64,000 bases of DNA, from positions 19,346-83,345 of the forward strand of contig JBCDLT010000024.1 of the NCBI GenBank assembly GCA_038745065.1, read 5' to 3'. Shown here in pieces: positions 32,390-42,306 of this stretch. The notes beneath the pieces were generated by a model that worked only from the letters and a program-made list of their open reading frames with translations, was not told where the DNA came from and ran no database searches. Both the position numbers and the translations under genes were made by a program. Position 1 is the stretch's first letter. Every line of letters starts with the position of its first letter. The DNA is from Pseudomonadota bacterium (GTDB taxonomy: Bacteria > Pseudomonadota > Alphaproteobacteria > Rhizobiales > JANQQB01).

Positions 32390-32412
32390 TCGGCATCATT
32401 CTCTTTAAAGCG

Positions 32413-32441
32413 AAAAGCGCGGCCACTTGGCCGCGCTTTTT
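32413..32441. terminator. Bidirectional intrinsic terminator
   Basis: AAAAGCGCGGCCA-CT-TGGCCGCGCTTTTT between convergent genes. Confidence 0.85.
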
Positions 32442-32480
32442 GATTCCGGTTTCCGTTTGGCTCGGTCGCCGTGTCGGCAA

Positions 32481-32870
32481 TCAGACAACCACGGAAAGAT
32501 GCCGCCGCTTGTCGAGGACCCGCAGCACCTTGGCCAGGTCATGGCCCCGCTTCAGGATCATGCCGCCGGGCGCAATAACCGAATAGGCGCCCTGCTTGCG
32601 CGCCAGCTTCGGATTCTTTTCGATGCGGTAAAGGGGAACTTCGGACGTGCGGCGAAAGATCGAGAACACCGCCTTTTCCATCATGTGGTCGATGGCGTAG
32701 TCCCGCCATTCGCCTTCGGCTACCTTGCGTCCGTAAACCCGGAGAATGGCGCCGAGCTCGTGCCGGTTGAAGGCGATCTGCTGCGGCGGGGAGGGTCTGT
32801 TCTGCGCAACGGCCATATGACTGTGCGTCGGACCGCTGCGCGACATACGGCTTTCTTCGGACTCGCTCAT
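32481..32870 (-). CDS. DUF2794 domain protein
   Basis: FNRHELGAILRVYGRKVAEGEWRDYAID, PLYRIEKNPKL; AGGAGG RBS. Confidence 0.9.
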   Translation of the reverse strand: MSESEESRMSRSGPTHSHMAVAQNRPSPPQQIAFNRHELGAILRVYGRKVAEGEWRDYAIDHMMEKAVFSIFRRTSEVPLYRIEKNPKLARKQGAYSVIAPGGMILKRGHDLAKVLRVLDKRRHLSVVV

Positions 32871-33074
32871 GGCGCCTCCTGTTGGCCTGTGGATATTCAA
32901 CTGACGGATATAATTGCCGGGTAAGAAGATCTTGGCAAGCAGAACCTCACACCGAAACCGGGCCGGATCAGGGTTAACAGAGGGTTTCGAACACCGCTGA
33001 ATCCCTTGTCAAAAGTCACAGAAAGGCCCCAATTTGGCCCTTTCAACTTCACGTTCCACCCCCATATTACGATT

Positions 33075-33204
33075 GTTGCCTCAGACGGCCCGGATCTTCG
33101 TCTTCCCGGCACCGTTAGCCCCCCAGCCCCTCGGGGAGTGCGAGATCCGGGCCACTGAAATCGGTAATTCGCCAAATTACGGGCTCTTCGGAGCCCGTTT
33201 TTTT
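33075..33204 (+). ncRNA. Candidate small RNA with C-rich loop
   Basis: Stem GGCCCGGATCT/AGATCCGGGCC enclosing CCCCCCAGCCCC; terminator ACGGGCTC-TTCG-GAGCCCGT plus T run; no upstream + strand gene to terminate. Confidence 0.7.
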
Positions 33205-33223
33205 GTGCGCCGGTGCATCCCCC

Positions 33224-33252
33224 CTTGAAATCCGTCGCCGATCGGCCTTTAT
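33224..33252 (+). promoter_or_regulatory. Sigma32 (RpoH) promoter of htpG
   Basis: CTTGAA-N16-CCTTTAT, close to rhizobial RpoH consensus CTTGAA-N15/16-CCTATAT. Confidence 0.7.
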
Positions 33253-33379
33253 TCCGCGCATCCGGGAAACTACCGAGCCGCCGATTCCTCGGCGGCCTGA
33301 CCGCATAGCGGCGCCTCTTCCCGACCATTCATGCATCGAACAGCATCGCGCGCCAGCCCGGCAGATATGGGACACAGCC

Positions 33380-35311
33380 ATGAGCGTTGAAGAAAAAGAC
33401 AAGCCGGAAACCGAGCCGACCGGCGAGACCCTGTCCTTTCAGGCCGAAGTCTCCCGACTTCTGCACCTCATGGTGCATTCGGTCTATTCGAACAAGGAGA
33501 TCTTCCTGCGCGAACTGATCTCCAACGCTGCCGACGCCTGCGAGAAACTGCGCTATGCGGCGATTACCGATCCCGCGCTGAGCACGGGAGACGAGGGTTT
33601 TTCGGTCGTCATCGAACCGGACAAGGAAGCCGGCACGATCCTGATTTCCGACAACGGCATCGGCATGAACAAGGCCGACCTGATCGACAATCTCGGCACC
33701 ATCGCGCGGTCCGGGACCCGGGCCTTTCTGGACAGCCTCTCCGAGGCAAAGGACGGATCGGCGCTGATCGGGCAGTTCGGTGTGGGCTTCTATTCGGCAT
33801 TCATGGTCGCCGATCGGGTCGAAGTGCTCAGCCGCCGGGCCGGCGAAGACGATGCCTGGCGCTGGACGTCGGACGGTCTCGGTGCCTTTACGGTCGAGCC
33901 GGCCGGTTCTGACGAGGCGCCGGTGCGCGGAACCCGCATCCTCATTCATCTGAAAGAGGCCGAAAAGGGCTTTGCCGAAAAAGCCGAATTGCACCGCATC
34001 ATCAAAGCTTATTCCGCGCATATCCCGATCCCGGTCTCGGTCCGCGAACCGGGGGACGAGGCGGCGGAGGCCGTCACCGACGGCTCGGCGCTCTGGGTCA
34101 AGTCCAAGTCGGACGTCAAGGCTGAGGAATACCGCGAATTCTACGGCCACGTGTCGGGCCAGTTCGACGAGCCGGCCCTGACGCTGCACTACCGGGCAGA
34201 AGGCCGGCATGAATATTCCGTGCTCCTGTTCGTGCCTTCCATGAAACCCTTCGATCTGTTCGATCCGAGTCGCAAAGGGCGCATCAAACTCTATGTGCGC
34301 CGCGTCTTCATTACCGATGAAGCGGAAATCCTGCCGGCATGGCTGCGCTTCGTGCGGGGCGTGATCGATTCCGAAGACCTGCCGCTCAACCTGTCGCGCG
34401 AAATGCTGCAATCCAATCCGGTGCTGGAGGCCATCACCAAGGGCGTCACCAACCGGGTGTTGTCGGAATTGGAAAAAACCGCCGAGAAAGATCCCGAAAC
34501 CTTTGCCAAGGTCTGGGACGCCTTCGGCCCGGTTCTAAAGGAAGGCCTTTACGAAGACCCGGCGCGCAGGGATGCGCTCCTGAAGATCGCCCGGTTCAAA
34601 TCGACCCGGTCCGGCGACGGGCTGCGGGCGCTGTCGGACTATGTCGCCGACATGAAGGACAACCAGACAAAGATCTTCTTTGCGCTCGGAGAGAGCCCGG
34701 AAGCAGTGCTGGCAAGCCCGCATCTTGAAGGGTTCCGTGCCCGCGACGTGGAAGTCCTTCTGCTTTCGGATTCCGTCGATGCGTTCTGGGTCCAGACAGC
34801 GCTTGGTTTCGACGGCAAGCCGTTCCAGTCGATCACCCAGGGCAGTGCCGATCTGGACGCCATTCCGCTGAGCGGCGACGATGCCGCTGACGGCGAAGAT
34901 GATGCGGAGGCCGGCACACGCGCGGCGGACGTTGCGGTCCTGAAAGCCTTCTTCAAGGAAACGCTCGGCGACAAGGTCCAGGACGTGGTCGAATCGCAGC
35001 GGCTCGCCGAGAGCGCGGTCTGTCTGGTTGCACCGGAATTCGGCCCGGACCGGCAGATGGAAAAGATCATGGAGCGCGCCGGGCAGGGCATGGGCGGCAT
35101 GGCGCCTGTGTTGGAAATCAATCCGAAACACGCCCTGATCGCGGACCTCGCCCGCTCCTATGCCGGAGCGAGCGACAAGAGCCGGTTTGCCGATGCGGCC
35201 TGGCTGTTGCTCGGCCAGGCGCGGATCCTTGACGGCGAATTGCCGGATGATCCTGCCGATTATGCCCGCCGGTTCAGCGCGCTGATGCAGTCGGGCTTCG
35301 GGGCCGCCTGA
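33380..35311 (+). CDS. htpG: Chaperone HtpG (Hsp90)
   Basis: FQAEVSRLLHLMVHSVYSNKEIFLRELISNAADA, IGQFGVGFYSAF, DLPLNLSRE. Confidence 0.98.
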   Translation: MSVEEKDKPETEPTGETLSFQAEVSRLLHLMVHSVYSNKEIFLRELISNAADACEKLRYAAITDPALSTGDEGFSVVIEPDKEAGTILISDNGIGMNKADLIDNLGTIARSGTRAFLDSLSEAKDGSALIGQFGVGFYSAFMVADRVEVLSRRAGEDDAWRWTSDGLGAFTVEPAGSDEAPVRGTRILIHLKEAEKGFAEKAELHRIIKAYSAHIPIPVSVREPGDEAAEAVTDGSALWVKSKSDVKAEEYREFYGHVSGQFDEPALTLHYRAEGRHEYSVLLFVPSMKPFDLFDPSRKGRIKLYVRRVFITDEAEILPAWLRFVRGVIDSEDLPLNLSREMLQSNPVLEAITKGVTNRVLSELEKTAEKDPETFAKVWDAFGPVLKEGLYEDPARRDALLKIARFKSTRSGDGLRALSDYVADMKDNQTKIFFALGESPEAVLASPHLEGFRARDVEVLLLSDSVDAFWVQTALGFDGKPFQSITQGSADLDAIPLSGDDAADGEDDAEAGTRAADVAVLKAFFKETLGDKVQDVVESQRLAESAVCLVAPEFGPDRQMEKIMERAGQGMGGMAPVLEINPKHALIADLARSYAGASDKSRFADAAWLLLGQARILDGELPDDPADYARRFSALMQSGFGAA

Positions 35312-35337
35312 CCGGATTTTTCGCACCTGCGTCGGAT

Positions 35338-35360
35338 GAAGGACGCGCCTCGCGTCCTTC
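35338..35360. terminator. Hairpin between convergent htpG and LysM gene
   Basis: GAAGGACGCG-CCT-CGCGTCCTTC; no T tract. Confidence 0.45.
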
Positions 35361-35374
35361 CATGTCGGGTGACG

Positions 35375-35866
35375 TCAGTCGTTGCGCGGGATGCGCAGAA
35401 CCTGTCCGGGGAAAATCAGGTTCGGGTTGGAGATGATGTGCTGGTTTGCCTGGCGGATCGGCTCCCATGCCGACGTGTCGCCATAATAGCGGCCTGCAAG
35501 CGCTGACAAGGTGTCACCGGACACGACCACATGATTGAAGTACCCGGTATAACCTTCCAGGATCATCGGCCCGTAAAGCACCGGGACCGTGACGGAGGGG
35601 ATCGGCGCGCCGTCGCCGCCGCCGCTGTCATCGGCGACGGTCACGAACAGCCGGTTAAGCTGAAACGCCGGATTCGGCGGGATTGTGACACTGCCCTGAA
35701 ACTGGCGGATCGACGTTGATCCCGCCGTCAGACTGCCGATGACTTCATCGTGGCCCTCGCTGACCCGAACCGTCAGATGGGCCTCGAACCCAACGGCATT
35801 GCCTGCAATAAGGATAGGGTTGCCGACCAGATCGAACGGTTGCGGTTGCTGAATTTCAATGTTCAT
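35375..35866 (-). CDS. Gmad2-like Ig domain + C-terminal LysM protein
   Basis: LysM: HVVVSGDTLSALAGRYYG...IRQANQHIISNPNLIFPGQVLRIP; N-terminal IQQPQPFDLVGNPILIAGNAVGFEA resembles Gmad2. Confidence 0.8.
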   Translation of the reverse strand: MNIEIQQPQPFDLVGNPILIAGNAVGFEAHLTVRVSEGHDEVIGSLTAGSTSIRQFQGSVTIPPNPAFQLNRLFVTVADDSGGGDGAPIPSVTVPVLYGPMILEGYTGYFNHVVVSGDTLSALAGRYYGDTSAWEPIRQANQHIISNPNLIFPGQVLRIPRND

Positions 35867-36141
35867 GAGCGCTTTCCTTAAACTATCCTTGAAGCTGCCG
35901 TAGCGTCAGGATCTGTTATCTTGTCGTCGATCGTTTTTCTTTCGAATCGACAACCCGTTGACTCAATAAAGGTACTTCGTGGCAATTTGCAGATGAATAT
36001 CTGAGGGCACGAAATTCAGAACAACTGGGATTGATACTTGTTGTTTGAGCGCCGTCCATAACCAGTCACCCAGCGCATATCAGTTATGCTCGAACGCTAA
36101 AGTCTTTGCGCCGGGATCGGCAATGGTCATTATGGCCGCCG

Positions 36142-37008
36142 ATGACCGCCTTTTTCCCGCCGATCTTCGTGTTCTTATGGGCTACCGGTTTCCTCGGAGC
36201 CAAACTGAGCGCGCCGTATTCAGAGCCGCTGTCGTTCCTGACCGTGCGTTTCGCCCTTGTCGCGCTCATTCTGGCGGCGACGGTCGCGGTCCTTCGCCTC
36301 CCCTGGCCGACCGCCCGCCAGGCGCGCAACGCCATGATTGCCGGGGCGCTGATTCAGGGCCTTTATCTGGGCGGTGTCTTCTGGTCGATTGAAAACGGCA
36401 TGCCGGCAGGCGTGTCGGCGCTGATCGTCGGCCTGCAGCCCATCCTGACGGCGCTTCTGGCCCGACCCGTGCTCGGCGAGCCGATCGTCGCCCGCCATTG
36501 GCTCGGACTGATCCTGGGGCTTGTAGGGGTCGGTCTGGTGCTGGCACCGAAGCTTGAATTCTCCGGGCAGGGCATCACGCCGGCCACGATTGCGGCCTGC
36601 GTCATCGGCGTCCTGGCCATCACGGCCGGATCGGTCTGGCAGAAAAAGACGGCCGGCGGTCTCGATACGCGGGTGGATGGCGTCTTCCAGTTCGCTGCCG
36701 GCACTGCCGTCGTCGGACTTGGGGCGCTTGCGACCGAACGGTTCGAATTCGAGTGGACCGGCGAATTGGTGTTCGCCTTTGTCTGGCTCGTCTTCGTCCT
36801 GTCGATCGGCGCGATTACGCTCTACCTGATCATGCTGCGCCAGGGGGCGGTTTCAAAAGTTGCCGCGCTGTTCTACCTCGTGCCGGCTGTCGCGGCCTTC
36901 TTCGGCTGGATCCTGTTCGGCGAGACCCTGACGATTATCCAGATCGCCGGCATGGGAGTGGCGGTACTGGCGGTGGCGCTGGTGTCGCGCGCCAAGGCAA
37001 CCGGATAG
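36142..37008 (+). CDS. DMT/EamA family transporter
   Basis: IFVFLWATGF, EPLSFLTVRF, SALIVGLQP, VAALFYLVP; about 10 TM segments. Confidence 0.92.
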   Translation: MTAFFPPIFVFLWATGFLGAKLSAPYSEPLSFLTVRFALVALILAATVAVLRLPWPTARQARNAMIAGALIQGLYLGGVFWSIENGMPAGVSALIVGLQPILTALLARPVLGEPIVARHWLGLILGLVGVGLVLAPKLEFSGQGITPATIAACVIGVLAITAGSVWQKKTAGGLDTRVDGVFQFAAGTAVVGLGALATERFEFEWTGELVFAFVWLVFVLSIGAITLYLIMLRQGAVSKVAALFYLVPAVAAFFGWILFGETLTIIQIAGMGVAVLAVALVSRAKATG

Positions 37009-37021
37009 GGGCCCTTCCGCT

Positions 37022-37840
37022 TCATTTTGTTTCCTCGGCGATGGCGGCATTGAGTTCGGCGCCGAGGATGAAGGCAATGGCGGCGAGATAGAGGAAAATG
37101 ATCGCGATCATGATGCTTGCCAGGCCGGCATATGTCGTCGAGTAGGAGGCGAAGTTCTGAAGATAGGCGGAAAAACCGAAGCCGCCCGCCAGCCAAAGGG
37201 CAAGCGTCAACCCGATGCCCGGCAGCACGGTGACCAGGCGCCGACGGCCGGCCGGCAACCAGAAATGCATGATCATCAGCGCCAGGAACAGGACGCTGAT
37301 ACCGATGGCGATCCGCAGAATCGTGAAATGTCGCTGGAATTCCTCGAGAAAGGGCAGGAAACCGACCGCTGCCTGCCAAAGCAGCGGACCGAGAACAATG
37401 ATGAAGGCCAGCGCCAGAAGGCCGATCACGCCAAGCACGACAAATCCGAGGCTTTGCAGTTTGACGAGGAAGAAGTTGCGGGTCTCGTTCATGCGATAGG
37501 CGCGATTGAGTGCAATGCGCAGGGCATCGACCCCGTTCGAAGCCAGGTACAGCGCAAAGAGCGCGCCGAAGGTCAGGATGTCGCCCCGTGGCACGAGAAG
37601 CACTGCGTTGATCTCGCGCGCTATCGGGGCGGCGACCGCTTCCGGCCAGACGTCGAACAGCATGTCAGTGACCTGGCCGGTCAGTTCCTCAGTGCCGAAA
37701 AATCCGGCAACGGCGGTCAGAAAAATCATGAACGGAAACAGCGCCATCAGAATGGACAGGGCGACATGGCTGGCAATCGCCATGCCGTCTTCCTCGATGA
37801 AATGTTCGAATGCGTCCCACATGATCAACAAAAGCTTCAC
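37022..37840 (-). CDS. YihY/BrkB family membrane protein
   Basis: ASHVALSILMALFPF, ALRIALNRAY, YSTTYAGLAS, FILGAELNA; GTG start inferred. Confidence 0.88.
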   Translation of the reverse strand: MKLLLIMWDAFEHFIEEDGMAIASHVALSILMALFPFMIFLTAVAGFFGTEELTGQVTDMLFDVWPEAVAAPIAREINAVLLVPRGDILTFGALFALYLASNGVDALRIALNRAYRMNETRNFFLVKLQSLGFVVLGVIGLLALAFIIVLGPLLWQAAVGFLPFLEEFQRHFTILRIAIGISVLFLALMIMHFWLPAGRRRLVTVLPGIGLTLALWLAGGFGFSAYLQNFASYSTTYAGLASIMIAIIFLYLAAIAFILGAELNAAIAEETK

Positions 37841-38052
37841 GGCGGCACCTGTTTCATGGCTGATTGACACAGTCTGATTCGTTTGCTTTCGATCCGAGCA
37901 ACAATCGCACGCCTTCATTGCGATCCCGTTGCCGGCCCGATCCCGCAACATGATCGGGTCGGCGTGCCGGTCGGCCCCGTCGTTTTCCGGGGGCGTGCCA
38001 GGCCCGACCAGGCCGCTGCGGCGGCGAAAGGCTCAACAAGAAACACAGCCTC

Positions 38053-40587
38053 ATGAAAAGACAACCTCGACCCGGAACCGCAATTTGTCTTGTCGCCGTC
38101 TGGCTTGCGTTTGCGAGCCTCGCTCCGGTTTCCGCATTCGCCCAGAACGGCGGGCCGCGGGATCTGCAGGAAGGCGCCGTCGCCGTCGTCAAGACCGATG
38201 AAGCGCAGGAGGCGATCGACAAATTACGGGAGCGGCTCGCCGCCGCCGCAAAGGCGTTCGACGAAAAGAGCGAAACGCAGGACTCTCTGGACGGACTTGC
38301 AGCCGAAGCGCTGGCCATCAGCGAGGATGCAGAATCGCTGATGCAGGAGTTTCAGCCGCGGGTGCTGACCATCGAGGCCCGTCTGGCACAATTGAAGCCG
38401 GCTGAAGGTCAGGAACTGTCGCAAAGCGCCCGGATCGAAACCGAGAGCCAGCAGCGCGTGCTGGATGGGCTGAGCGCCATCCTGCAACAGGCCAATGTCA
38501 TTGCCGTCCAGGCCGTCGACCTGTCGATTTCCGTCACCCAGCAACAGCGCGCCCGTTTCTCCCGCGAGATCTTCAAACGGGAACGCAGCGTGCTCGATCC
38601 AGTCTTCTGGCGCACCGTACGCTTTGGTATCCGAACGATCCCGGGCTGGATCGACCAACGCCTAACGGAATGGAAAGAACGGGCGGAAGTCGGGATCGAT
38701 ACCACGACGGTCACGATCCTGATTCTTCTGACCCTGGGCGGCGTCTACATCGTTCTTGTGAGCCGGCGTCACATCCTGAAGCGCCTGGTTCGGGATCCGA
38801 CTGTCGAGCCGAACCAGACCAAGCGGGTCGTTGCCGCGCTGTTCGTCACCCTTGTCGGTTTCGGATTGGTCGCAATCCTGTCGATGGTTGTGCTTTTTCT
38901 TCTCGAAACGATCGGCCTCATTCCGCCGCCTTTCGAAAATGTGGCAATCGGGTTTGCCGTCGCGATTTCGATTTATGCGCTGATATCGAGCCTGGCCGTC
39001 GCCCTGCTTGCGCCCGGTCGGCCGGCCTGGCGCCTGTTGCCGCTGTCGGCACCGGCGTGCCGGCGACTTGCCCTCGTCACGCGGTGCAACGCCGTTGTGG
39101 TCGGCCTGACGATCGCCTTCGAAGCGGTCGTGCAATTCCTGGATCCGTCGACGCCGGTGACCATCGCCGCACGCGCCTTGCAGACCATGGCGATCGCGAT
39201 CCTGACCCTGTTCGCCCTGCGGGCCTTCGCGTTGAAGGACCCCGACGAAGACGACCAGCGATCGTATGGATTTCAAGGGGCGTTGTGGCGGCTGGCTTTG
39301 CCGGTGGGGTGGGTCGTCTCGATTGCCGCTTTGGCCGCTCCGCTTTTCGGGTTCCTGGCGCTCGGCTGGTTTCTGGTCTACCAGTTGGTCGTCATCGCCC
39401 TGGTGCTCGCCCTGCTTTACCTTGTCCTGGCGATCATCGAGGAAGCCACGACCACGGGATTTCAACCCGGTTACCCTGCCGGACTGTTCCTGACACGCAC
39501 GCTGGGCTTTACCCGCGACGGCGCCGAACAGATCGGCGTTTTGACCGGCGGCATCCTGAATCTTCTGGCGATCGCCTTCGCCGGCCTTGCGATCCTGCTG
39601 ACCTGGGGCCTGACCGCGGCGGATCTGACCCGCCTGGAAAACATGGTGACCCGGTTCGAGGTCGGCGGCGTCACGATTTCCATCACGACCGTTGCGACCG
39701 CGATTGCCATTTTCGCTGCCGGCTTCGCCGCAACCCGGGCGATCCAGCGCTGGCTGGAAAACCGCTATCTGCCAAAGACAAAACTCGATGTCGGGCTCAA
39801 AACCTCGATCCGCACAGGCTTCGGCTATGTGGGCGTCATCGTTGCGGCCATGGTGGCGATCGGGCATCTGGGCGTGGATGGCCAGAACTTCGCCCTGATA
39901 GCCGGCGCGCTTTCGGTCGGTATCGGCTTCGGCATGCAAAGCGTGGTGTCGAACTTCGTCTCCGGCCTGATCCTGCTTGCCGAGCGGCCTATCCGAACCG
40001 GAGACTGGGTCGTCGTGGACGGCCAGCACGGCACGGTCCGCAAGATCAATGTGCGCTCCACCGAAATCGAAACCTTCGACCGGGCGACGATGATCGTGCC
40101 GAACTCCGATCTGATCTCCAAGACCGTTACGAACTGGGTGCTGAACGACAGTTCCGGGCGCATCATCATTCCGGTCGGCGTCAGCTATGACAGCGACCCG
40201 GACCAGGTGCGCGACATCCTGCTCGAATGCGCGCGCAGCAATCCGCTGGTGCTGGCCTATCCGGAACCGGTCGTGTTCTTTCAGAATTTCGGCGATTCGG
40301 CGCTCGATTTCGAATTGCGGTGCTATCTGTCCGACATCGGCATGGGGCTCACCGTGCGCAGCGACCTCCGGTTCGAAATCATGCGCCGCTTTCGCGAGGC
40401 CGATATCGAGATTCCGTTCCCGCAGCGGGTCTTGCACACTGTCAATTCCACGGCGTTGCCGCCGCCGATGCCGGTTGCTGTCGCCACGCCGGCCGACGAA
40501 CCGGCTGTGCCGCAGCGCGACCGCAGGTCGGCTACGGCGCGGGAAGACCGTTTCGAAGAGGCGGGTGCCGATCCCGACGACCTTTGA
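38053..40587 (+). CDS. MscS-family mechanosensitive channel with large N-terminal (DUF3772-like) region
   Basis: AGALSVGIGFGMQSVVSNFVSGLILLAERPIRTGDW, IVPNSDLI, IEIPFPQR. Confidence 0.92.
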   Translation: MKRQPRPGTAICLVAVWLAFASLAPVSAFAQNGGPRDLQEGAVAVVKTDEAQEAIDKLRERLAAAAKAFDEKSETQDSLDGLAAEALAISEDAESLMQEFQPRVLTIEARLAQLKPAEGQELSQSARIETESQQRVLDGLSAILQQANVIAVQAVDLSISVTQQQRARFSREIFKRERSVLDPVFWRTVRFGIRTIPGWIDQRLTEWKERAEVGIDTTTVTILILLTLGGVYIVLVSRRHILKRLVRDPTVEPNQTKRVVAALFVTLVGFGLVAILSMVVLFLLETIGLIPPPFENVAIGFAVAISIYALISSLAVALLAPGRPAWRLLPLSAPACRRLALVTRCNAVVVGLTIAFEAVVQFLDPSTPVTIAARALQTMAIAILTLFALRAFALKDPDEDDQRSYGFQGALWRLALPVGWVVSIAALAAPLFGFLALGWFLVYQLVVIALVLALLYLVLAIIEEATTTGFQPGYPAGLFLTRTLGFTRDGAEQIGVLTGGILNLLAIAFAGLAILLTWGLTAADLTRLENMVTRFEVGGVTISITTVATAIAIFAAGFAATRAIQRWLENRYLPKTKLDVGLKTSIRTGFGYVGVIVAAMVAIGHLGVDGQNFALIAGALSVGIGFGMQSVVSNFVSGLILLAERPIRTGDWVVVDGQHGTVRKINVRSTEIETFDRATMIVPNSDLISKTVTNWVLNDSSGRIIIPVGVSYDSDPDQVRDILLECARSNPLVLAYPEPVVFFQNFGDSALDFELRCYLSDIGMGLTVRSDLRFEIMRRFREADIEIPFPQRVLHTVNSTALPPPMPVAVATPADEPAVPQRDRRSATAREDRFEEAGADPDDL

Positions 40588-40601
40588 AAGGATGCGGTCG
40601 G

Positions 40602-42251
40602 ATGCAGGCCGAAACCTATGACGATCTGTATGCCGGGTTTACCTGGTCTTTGCCGGCCGCGTATTCAATCGCCTGGGATTGCTGCGATCAATGGGCGCAG
40701 CGCGAGCCGGGCCGTCTTGCGATCGTGCATGAGGAAGCGGACGGAACCATCGTCCCTGTCACGTACCGGTCTCTTCAATCGGAGGCGAACCGGCTGGCCA
40801 ATGCCTTCCTTGCCAAGGGTCTGAAACGCGGCGACCGTGTCGCTATCCTGTTGCCGCAACGCCCCGAGACGGCAATCGCTCATATCGCCTGTTACAAGAT
40901 CGGTGCCGTTGCCGTACCGCTTGCCTCGTTGTTCGGTGTCGAGGCGCTGGCCTATCGCCTGAAGAATTCCGGCGCGCGTGCCGTCGTGACCGATGCGCGG
41001 GGTGCAGCCAAGGTCCTGTCGCTGGATTCCGATCCCGACGGCCTGGCGCTGCTTGTTACGGTCGATGTGCCGGTGCCCGGGACGGCGTCCTACCGGGATC
41101 TGCTTTCCGCGGCGTCGGACCAGTTCGACACGCCGCTGTTTCCTCCCGACGAACCGGCCATGATGATCTACACGTCCGGTACGACCGGGCCGCCCAAGGG
41201 CGCGCTGCACGGCCATCGGGTGCTGCTCGGCCACCTGCCCGGCGTGCAGATGCCGCATGAATTCTTTCCCCTGGAAGGCGACGTGATGTGGACGCCGGCC
41301 GACTGGGCCTGGGCCGGCGGCCTCCTGAACGCCCTTTTGCCGGCGCTGCGCTTCGGGGTGCCGGTGGTGTCGCATGCTTTCGAAAAGTTCGATCCGGAAA
41401 AAGCCTTCGACATCATGGCGCGGCACCGGGTCCGGAACACGTTCCTGCCGCCGACCGCACTGAAAATGCTGCGTCCGGTGCCGCACCCGGCCGAGACCTA
41501 CGATCTCAGCCTGCGCACGGTCGGATCGGGGGGCGAGGCGCTCGGCAGTGAAACCTATGAATGGGCGCGCTCCGCGCTCGACCTGACAATCAACGAATTC
41601 TACGGCCAGACCGAGTGCAATCTTGTGCTCGCCTCCTGCAACGCCCTCGGCGTCACCAAACCCGGTGCGATCGGCAAGCCGGTTCCCGGGCATACAGTCG
41701 CCATTATCGACGATGCCGGGCAGCCACAGCCCGCCGATACGCTTGGCCAGATCGCGGTCCGACGCCCGGATCCGGTGATGTTCCTGGAATATTGGCGGCA
41801 GCCGGCCGCGACGCGCGACAAGTTTGTCGGCGCCTGGATGAAGACCGGCGATCGAGGCGTGCTCGACGCGGAAGGCTATGTGCATTTTGTCGGCCGCGAT
41901 GACGATGTGATCACTTCGGCCGGCTATCGGATCGGACCGGCCGAGATCGAGGATTGCCTCGTCAGCCATCCGGCCGTGCTGCTCGCCGCCGTGGTCGGCA
42001 AGCCGGACCCGCTGCGCACGGAGATCGTCAAGGCTTTCGTGGTTCTGAACCGAGGCTATGAGCCCGGCGACGCGCTGGCTTCGGAAATCCAGACCTATGT
42101 CCGGACCCGTCTCGCCGCCCATGAATATCCGCGCGAAGTAGCCTTCGTGGCATCGATCCCCTTGACGACGACGGGCAAGGTCATCCGCCGGCATTTTCGC
42201 GATCAGGTGCGCCGCGAGGCCGGCTTCTTCGACGATCCGGATTCCGCTTGA
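40602..42251 (+). CDS. Acyl-CoA synthetase / AMP-binding protein
   Basis: YTSGTTGPPKG, NEFYGQTE, GRDDDVITSAGYRIGP, PLTTTGK. Confidence 0.93.
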   Translation: MQAETYDDLYAGFTWSLPAAYSIAWDCCDQWAQREPGRLAIVHEEADGTIVPVTYRSLQSEANRLANAFLAKGLKRGDRVAILLPQRPETAIAHIACYKIGAVAVPLASLFGVEALAYRLKNSGARAVVTDARGAAKVLSLDSDPDGLALLVTVDVPVPGTASYRDLLSAASDQFDTPLFPPDEPAMMIYTSGTTGPPKGALHGHRVLLGHLPGVQMPHEFFPLEGDVMWTPADWAWAGGLLNALLPALRFGVPVVSHAFEKFDPEKAFDIMARHRVRNTFLPPTALKMLRPVPHPAETYDLSLRTVGSGGEALGSETYEWARSALDLTINEFYGQTECNLVLASCNALGVTKPGAIGKPVPGHTVAIIDDAGQPQPADTLGQIAVRRPDPVMFLEYWRQPAATRDKFVGAWMKTGDRGVLDAEGYVHFVGRDDDVITSAGYRIGPAEIEDCLVSHPAVLLAAVVGKPDPLRTEIVKAFVVLNRGYEPGDALASEIQTYVRTRLAAHEYPREVAFVASIPLTTTGKVIRRHFRDQVRREAGFFDDPDSA

Positions 42252-42306
42252 GCTCTGGGATGTGGCACTTTTGGATGATGGAGCTTGGGATTGGGGAATT
42301 GGCCGA

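Noticed and set aside
42255-42303. Roughly 7-bp periodic TGG run (short tandem repeat or G-quadruplex)
   Set aside because: Spacing irregular (6-9 bp) and most G tracts only two long; too weak to call
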